Shown piece after piece: positions 55,554 through 64,000 of a stretch of DNA of 64,000 nucleotides. A program made the translations under genes and the position numbers. This DNA comes from Lingula anatina (taxonomy: Eukaryota; Animalia; Brachiopoda), in NCBI GenBank assembly GCA_051362555.1, contig CM120641.1:19096001-19160000 (forward strand). Direction: 5' to 3'. Position 1 is the first letter of the stretch, and each line of letters begins with the position of its first letter. The notes under the pieces were generated by a model that was not told the DNA's origin, did no database searches, and was given only the letters and a program-made list of their open reading frames with translations.

Positions 55554-58500
55554 AGCATACTGGCTGATATTCCAAGTCTGTCATTTAAAAGATGCAATTA
55601 ACAGCGCGTCTAAATCTCATGTGTTAAGATGGAAATGGTTCTGAATCGAATTAAGTGACAGCTCAGTAATCAATCGAGCAGAAGTCTACATAACATGAAT
55701 GAACAGATATACCGAACCAAACTGTGTGAACTTAAAGGGCCTAATTCTGCATGGATTTCTATATGTTAGATGTCAGAAATGATATCAAATGCCAATGTGG
55801 CAAAATGCCCAAAACGCAGAGTGAACGTGTCTACTAAATGTTGCGTCTAGCTCACAGTCAATCCTGCTTGATGCTAATAAACCTTTCTGTCTTTAGCCTT
55901 TCCACATCTCGCAGTTAATTCACGTCTAAAAGCATCGAACTAATGACTGCTCGTATTCAATCGAGACATTTAGAGATGAATTAAACATAAGCCGAAGGCT
56001 GACATAAAACAGATCTATGGTGACTTACTATCAATCAAACGCGACAAAAAAAGCATAAGGAATAAAAGCCGTAAAAATGCGTTAAACGTAACCCAGGTCG
56101 CGTTCAGAACGGCTTTAAGAAAAACAATTTCAGTTTAAATGCCGGGAAGAGAACGTTGGATTGCACGTCCCGCTACGAAATCCCTCTGCAACCCCAGAGT
56201 TGAGTGGTAACATTATGAGTATGGCGAAATAATAGAGAACACAGCTGATTTTATTTAAAACGTTTCTTTCTAAAACGGTGCTGAACACGGCCTTTTTACT
56301 TCTCCATTCGGTGATAAAGCAACCATTTCCTGTTGGCTCAGAAAGAGATTGCCTTCTTTAATTTAATTGCAAAAAGTTTTAAATGCAATAAACAACATTA
56401 TTAAAGCATCGATGGAGATCTGAAGGCTTATTAGATAGTGCATCTCATCAAAGAGCGACACGGAAATGGGACTAATATCTGGAAGAAACTAAAATTACTC
56501 CATTTAACGATCCTATCCAACTTGAGATCGAATTTTTCATACATCTGAAAAGCAAAAACACAGCCGTGCTCAGTGGGTCGATGTGCATGACGTCTCATAA
56601 CATTAATAAATCGCAATATGAGTTCTGTTTTGCAAAGAAGGCATACACACCTCATTATCTACGACACCTACTTGTTTTTATTACTTTTCAAGATCTGGGT
56701 CTCTTTTCCACTTTGGTTATTTTCTTAAAGGGATGTTGTGTGACCGGCGTGATATCTGCAACGATTCTGTATCATTTCCGCACACTTTATGTCACGAATC
56801 CCATTATTCATATCATTTCATAAAGTTGTCACAGAACGAAGTGGCACAGAAGAAAATAGAATAAAATCACCGCGTTCGCATGCAAAAAGGTCAATTTCTA
56901 TCACTGTACTTTTTATGTCTAGTCATTGTATAGGCGTTGAAATGGACTGATAGAGCAAAGGTGGTGGCCTTTTCTTCCGTGCTTTCTTTGCTTCGTCATG
57001 TCTAACATGTCGTATCAACCAAACAACTTTGGAAGTAGTGAGCCTTTTCTAACGGTTTCTCTATATTTATTTCTGTTTTTTTCCTCGTTTTTCATATAGA
57101 CACATCTGAATGAAAAAAATGTTTTACAACTATGAAACAGAGTGCCATTCATTGTGGTGGACATGCAAGCATTTTTCTTATAAATTAATCGTTTGGATGA
57201 TAGATCGAATGATCTAAGAATGAAGGACATACTATTTGTTTATCATTTATTTTTGTGTTTACGCCAACTTCAAAAATGTTACTTAACAAAGTCACGTGGT
57301 GTGATGGATTCCAGAAAGGGCATTGTGCAAACCACACAGAATAAACAATAAACAAAAACACGTTACAGTACACGTTTTATGATAACATCATAAACTTGTT
57401 AACGTTTTCTAACCAATTTTGACAAGCGGCATATTCTATTGATTCAGTATTTTAAACAAAGGCCTCTGATTTAAGAACATCGAGGCGTAGGATGCAGGGT
57501 ATTCAAATCGTGAACCAGTGCTTGATTAGAATGCCGCAGGTGCACGTCGTATTCTACACAAAACTGATCGACTTTTCAAAATTTTAAAAGCCAGTTAACA
57601 AAATGCCAGATATGATTGAGTGGAGGTGTTTAGTGTTATGTTTAGAGAACAGCTAACTCTAACCGCAGTCTATAGTAATTATGTCTCTAGACAAACCGGC
57701 AAGGTGAACATTCACATTCACAAAGAAGACAAAAACACATACGTACAGTAGATCTGGTGACTTCCTGTTGATATGAACGGGGTAAACAGGGTTAATGATA
57801 TGCATTTATGGACATCCACGTTTAACTTGTGCATTTTATAACTTATTTCCATGGTTTTTACAGGACCCAAATGTAAGGTAATATTGCAAAACCTTGGGTT
57901 TCTGGTACGCGGAATTGGAACCGTCAGGGGATAAGGCAATGGGCATTTTAATGCTCTCCCACTAAAGACACTAAAAGGAAGGACATGGAAATCACGTTTT
58001 TATACATTAAACTAATGGAATACTTATCAAGCTGTTGTCTCATAAAGGTTCGACCACATATCCAGACGTCTGCCACCATTTCGGCTGCTTCTAAATTAAG
58101 TGGTTGCATTTTCCTGCCAATTTATTAAAAAGTTAAAACTATACAACAAAATTAATAAATGCTGCAAGAAGAACTCTTGTAGAAGTAAACATACTGGCGA
58201 AGCGTGACGAGATATCAGACGCAAATGATTACATATTGCATTTACATTATATGAAATACAAAAGTTTCGGCGATATATCCCTGTTACCTCCAATGATTAT
58301 GCGAAGTAAACGCCGCTGAATGTACATGTAGAAGTGGTGGCGGGTAGTCTTTCCTCCAAAGCTCAACCCGATAGTTTGTCCGTTTATGCCAAAACATAAC
58401 ACTTAATTATTAAACATAACAAATGTTTTTTTTTACAAATTTGAGGTACAGTGTATGTAGGGAAAATAATACCATGTATTTGTGACATGCACAGGTCAAC

Positions 58501-59147
58501 CAATGACATACGTTTTTTATTCACACAAAACGGCGAGCCTTAAAATGAAATTAATCAGCTTATCGGAAAATATGCTTCAAAAGTGTTAACAGTTGTGTGT
58601 TTGTTAAATTTTTTCAGAGTTTGTCAAAAGGATAATCAAAGCGGGGGAAAAACGAAGAGCAAGCGCAGAAAGAAAACAAACAAGAAATTCAAATATTGCC
58701 TAATGCAAGAAACCGTGACGAAGTTTTCAAACAACGCAAAAGATGATGCGAAACAGACTGAATACTGATGCTGAATATCTGCATTGCAGCTTATGGCCGG
58801 CGTCAGAGATGTATTTTCATTGGACAGTTGGACAGTTTACGTATATTCAATTACAAACCATTGCCTGTTTGGGGGGAATCGATGAATGCTGCCATTAACA
58901 ACACCTTTCTAGTCTTAATCACCCATCATCTATTTGCACGCAAGGTGTCTCTTTAATTTCTGTCGCGTTTAGTCTTATTAAAACATCGATAGAACTAAAT
59001 TTGAGGATTGTTGAGGACAAAACAGGAACTTGCGTCGCACCTCCCACACGAAGAGATTTTGGCTTAAAACCTTGTTTAAGGCACTCCAGCTTTCCATTCA
59101 GCGATATTTAAGTTCATGTCGTAGGGCACTTTATGTTGAAGATAAGC

Positions 59148-59373
59148 ATGACGATAATTCAATTTCCGTTGCTTATGTGTGTATGTTCAGCCATTGTATC
59201 TGGATTTGTTAATGATGACATCAAACATCTACAGCATTTTGGCTCCAGTTACAACGTAAACAGAGATTTACTTCGAACCGTGATTATGTCAGTGCAAGGA
59301 ATATTACATTTTTTTTCGGAAGAAATCGAAAACGTGAATCTAGATGCGATAATCGGTACCAGAATTGCAGATG
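59148..59373 (+). CDS. First coding exon of a C16orf89/UPF0764-like secreted protein (remaining exons not found in window)
   Basis: Signal-peptide-like MTIIQFPLLMCVCSAIVSG, then FFSEEIENVNLDAIIGTRIAD(G), resembling C16orf89 LPEINLDGMVGVRVLE as recalled; ends at a G|GTAAG donor. Alternative ATG at 59133. Confidence 0.65.
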
Positions 59374-62300
59374 GTAAGACGGATGTTGAGAATTAATCGT
59401 AGTTAAGTCAGTCTCTCTGGCTCTCTCTTTTAGTAAATGTAAAAAGAGCATTGCTGTCTTGTGTCGTTCCCATGTCAAGGTTTTTTGTACTGTTAAGAAA
59501 TAATGTTAACTACATTTAGAAAACAATTTATATAGATACGATTTAATAGTTTACTAGAGTTGGCATTTTACCTAGGTTGTTAATCGCCGTTGAGAAATCA
59601 CACCGTTTCCCCTACGTGTTACTTGTTACATTGTATCGATTTTCAAAAACTTTTTAGAATATTAGGTCGGCTTGTGTCAGATTCAGTCCATGTGCATGAA
59701 CGATTTTTAAATCAAAGGAACAATAAGTGACAAACTCTGGGATGTATTTGACTTCTTACATAACACCGAACATTATTGAACCGATTCAGTCAGCCAAAAG
59801 AACATGGCTTTGTTACGGTGAAAACTACCGGGGTGCTTTGTTGCATGAAGATTAATGAGGCTGAAGACAGTGGATATGTACTAATTAACCTGCATTTTCT
59901 TCTCTTAACTCGTGCCATAGACATAAGATTATGTACCACAATTAAAACTATGGTGTTGAGAATTGAATTTATCACATCATGTCCATTGTACATTCTATTC
60001 TATACCATTTCTTTATTATGAAAATATTTTGAGCAAGTTGAACGAGTATCGTTATAAGTGTTGAGATGCCACATTGTCGTTAATCACAGGGTGTTTCACC
60101 CCTGGCAAAATTTTTATCTCTACCTTTGGTCAGTCTTGTCTGTTGGCCGTAGGTTTTGTTAATTTACAGCAAAAAAGAATTCATAAATGATAAAACTTAG
60201 TATACAAAACGAAAGCTAAGTCACGCCAGTTAACATTAACCTAGACGTTGAACCAGCAATACGGGTGCTTTATGAATAATGTGACATGTAAATAAGAGGT
60301 TGAAATCATTTATTTGCTTGAAAGTGTGATACTCCTAACATTTTTAGTTACACATTTGCTGTGTTTTGTTTTTACTATCAGAGATAAATTGATAATTTTT
60401 AAAGTTATGAAATGCCATGCAATATAGGTAAAATGAAGTAAAAAGTCAAACATTTTAGCATTTCTCCAAATATTCTGATATATATATATATTTGAAATTA
60501 TACATTATACATTAAACATTTTAAGTAGCCCATGTACAGTACTCAAGGGTAGGCGAATCTTAAAATTTGTTGTTTTTCGCGTACCAAGACAAGAAGCACA
60601 CACGAAATACGTGGTGACATCCCGTGAAGATTGTCACCATGTGACATCGATGACAGCTCAACATCAGTCCAACTGAAGAGGGTCTTGTAATAAAGTTGCG
60701 ACACCCGTTTCAAATACGTATGATCCAGTAGTAGAGTCAATATCATTCCCAACATTATGTTAGATTGAAATGAGTTTTTCGTGGGAAATTTTTACCCCGG
60801 ACACCTTAACAAAAATACAAAGGGCTGTGCCCCCATTTGGATCTTCCACTGGTTATATATTGATGATTGGGTATATCAAAGTCCCTTCCATTCAACTTGA
60901 GTTGTGTAAACCTAGGCCTATACTATGTTCTAGTACACTTTATTGTGTATTTAAACCTCTATACCCCGAGTTCCAAATTTTGCTGGAAGCTTGCCTCCAC
61001 TATACTGGTACATCAGTGTAGCTCTGCTGTTTCCAGTACCTCGGGCTTATTTAAACTGTCCTGAGGCGCATTATGGAAGACGTTCAAAATCACCAACATT
61101 TTCTTTAAATAGGTGTATTGACGTAGTGAGGCCTTCTGTGATTTCCAGTGTAATTTCAAATTAGGGTTTGTATTAGGTAGGGTTTACATTAAAGCTTACT
61201 TCCTTCTAAATTATCTAGCATGCCATTAAGGTGTCATTCTTTTTATTTGCTTGAAGTAATGCAATAAATCATTAATGCTTGAACTATCCAACTAAACAAG
61301 GATTCGAAACGCTCTCATCATTTCTCGTGCACCTTAGTAGAATATTGGTGAGCTCACTTAAGCTCTAAAACTTTTCTTTCCTCCATTTTTACATCATTTA
61401 TTTATTTATTTATTCATTGCAGTCTTTGTCTCATATTAACGTGTCCCTACCAATATGTCGACCCACTGATAATATTTAAGTGGTTTGTTTGTATAAAGAG
61501 ACATATGTTAGTTTTCGTCTGAATATTATATGTGTCGTCTAGCCGGAGCGGCTGCGTCAATCCGCTCTTTCTTTTAAGATTTTTTCAGAATGTCAACGAG
61601 CAGCCAGGGACACCTTTATGCTCGTGCTTTGCAACAACCCTACCTCGCCTTTCTGAATACTTAGAAGACAGGAAATTAATGACTGAAAAAAAGGAGGCAT
61701 TCAATCCTTCAGTAGTGCACGCTATACCTTTTAAAAAATCAAAATGTATATAGAGGCAGAATTATAGATGGTTTTAAACAGTTGTGGTATTCTTACCACC
61801 CCACCCACCCTTTTTCTTACTGAACAACTTTTAAAGATGTCTTTTTTTGCCATAAACCACATTGAAAAAATTTTTTTAGCCATTTGCCTTTGTTTCAATA
61901 CATTCATATGTCCGTCGTTTGGATAAACACTTATTGCATGTAGGCGGTTAGCGTGAGTGTTAATCGGAAAGCGTCTTTGATAATTCATGCCCCACAGGAT
62001 TAAAAGCAGCACCATTGGCACACAGAAGTATCCACCTTCAAACAGAAGTGGCTGATTTGAAATGGTTAATTCCTTGATTTGTAATTTTTGTGGGTAAATT
62101 TTCCACTTCAAAGATTTATCGTTATTTTTATCTTTCTTCATGTTTATCTTTAAAGTTTAGGCTACATTTTGTCCTCAATGGTCATCCTAAGGTATTGTAT
62201 ACCGCATGTGCTTACCATAGGTTTTAAGACCGCATCCCGGAATCCATTTGTGACAATAACTTGGTCTTGCTAGAGTGCATTAAATTTGCAGGCTTCGTTG

Positions 62301-62923
62301 CGTACTGTGTTAAGTGCTTCTACAGATTCTATAGCCTCGCTTGTTAACACTTGTTTTCCATGGAACCAAAAAGACAAAGGGCTCCTCAGGCGCTTTGATC
62401 AGAGACGTTACCGTGATCAAATTGAGGTTGAAAAGAAGAGTGGTATCCTGAGTAACACATCCTATAAGAAACATTAACTGTTTGACCAAGCTTTTTTTAC
62501 ATTCCTCTGAAACTCAGGGCGAGAAGGGGTGATGCTGGGTTCACATTTCCGTCTTCCAAATGTATATTTTTGAGCATATGCATAGAAATTTGTATTGAAT
62601 AAAAGGACCTTTCCCTCCCGAATGGCAAAAGGAGCACCTGGGTATATAAAAACGATTTACATCATTTCATGCTTTCTTTCATTTGTCTTTTGCTGATGAG
62701 AGAAACGTTCAACCATTAGGCGTCGAAAATAACATTATCCAGTAAAGGCATTGAATCTCTAAATGTCGCTTTCAGTGGTTTTTAGTATGGAAACAATATG
62801 TTAAGCTGAATATCTCTTGGAAAGGTCAATATGTCTACAAGCACGTGAAACAAGCCACACTCAGCTAAAAAACAATATTATTAACATGGAAGAAAATACT
62901 TGTGTATACTGTAATCTTGCATT

Positions 62924-62925
<2 letters not shown>

Positions 62926-62965
<40 letters not shown>

Positions 62966-62997
62966 CTTCCCCCCCCCCCCCCTCTCTCTCTCTCTCT
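62926..62997. repeat. (CT)n / poly-C microsatellite
   Basis: Direct reading. Confidence 0.9.
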
Positions 62998-64000
62998 TGT
63001 GTATCGGACGTGCGATTGGTTTTCAGTAGCAAGGGAGTTGTAACAAACCTAATAAGTTCAGGGTACGATCCCAATTGCATTCGGTTCCAAGCGGACACGC
63101 AATTAGGACATTTACATTGGCAGTGAGGTAATGCCATCACATACAATCTCAATTGTAAATTCAGTTTAAGGCTTGAATAGTTCCTTAAAAGATTTTGAGA
63201 GCATTCACAATGAATGTCACTGAGAGACCATTAAAGGATTACGCGGTCTTCCTTTCATGTAGGTCTCGGTCTTGTTATACCTCTGCTCTTCTCAATGTGA
63301 ATGCTCTCTTAGTTGCCACTAGAAAGCTTCACCTGCCATCCAATATTCCAACACGATATATATTAGACGCCCCCCTCAAAACAGTAGAATTAACAATTAA
63401 CAAGACATAGATCTCTAAGCTGCATCATGTGTGTATTCGGGTTCTATAATAGGGCGAATTTGGAATGACAACAGAGTATCTCGTGCAGCAATACTTAACC
63501 GACGATAAACTGATAAATAAGCCTAGATTGATGTCAGTCAAATTTGTTTGCAATCTCTCCTTCTCCCTCCCTCTCTCCCTCTCTCTCTCTCTGCCAACAC
63601 GTAGGCCTAACTATCTCAGTTTCGAGACTATACACATCCCTGTGGATGACACGACGCTTCATGATCATGTTGAATTCTAAGGCATGGCAATGCCATGGAG
63701 AATAGAAAATCTTGTTTATCAATTACCACAATTGTCAGGTGGCCATCCATTTCGTGCGTCCTGAAGCGAACGCCGCTAATACGGAAAATCAATTAGCAAC
63801 AAAACAAATTGAAAGAGGATATATGCAATCTTATCTTAAAATTTGGGTCTAGACACGGCGTCTTTTAGAATTTTTTGGACTATTGCTAGGTACCCCTGCT
63901 TGTATAAAGGGGGTAAGGCGCCTTTTGCTCAGTTTATTCCTTCTGACAGCCAATCGCACGATACAATTCAATCGGATCTTTCAAAGCTTGAGGAATGGTC

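Noticed and set aside
62694-62730. CTGATGA-GA-GAAAC...GTC hammerhead-like core
   Set aside because: No stem II, weak stem III, and a mismatch at the first stem I pair.

Overview
AT-rich, intron-rich animal genomic DNA from an invertebrate (an echinoderm-like source is only a guess from repeat and zinc-finger style). I assembled gene models by hand from splice sites and reading phase. They are: an 18-exon annexin (minus, ~643 aa) with a long GGM/Q-rich/coiled-coil head; a 13-finger C2H2 zinc-finger ORF with a decayed 5' end; ECHS1 (minus) head-to-head with WDR45B/WIPI3 (plus); an unrecognised 2-TM protein (minus) head-to-head with an ARMH2-like gene across a CRE-rich 192-bp spacer; an active rhomboid protease; and the first exon of a C16orf89-like gene. 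A very young, intact Ty3/Gypsy LTR retrotransposon (4519-12544) sits in sense orientation in an annexin intron. It has LTRs differing by one indel, a GTTG target-site duplication (TSD), a tRNA-Pro primer site, a PPT, and a GGGAAAC -1 frameshift with a predicted pseudoknot; its LTR carries a splice-acceptor/poly(A) cassette that could truncate the host gene. Also present are several MITEs with 5- or 9-bp TSDs, a V-SINE-like copy, and a cluster of tiny palindromes with 7-bp TSDs that look like P-superfamily excision footprints. No database searches were run; family calls rest on recalled motifs.
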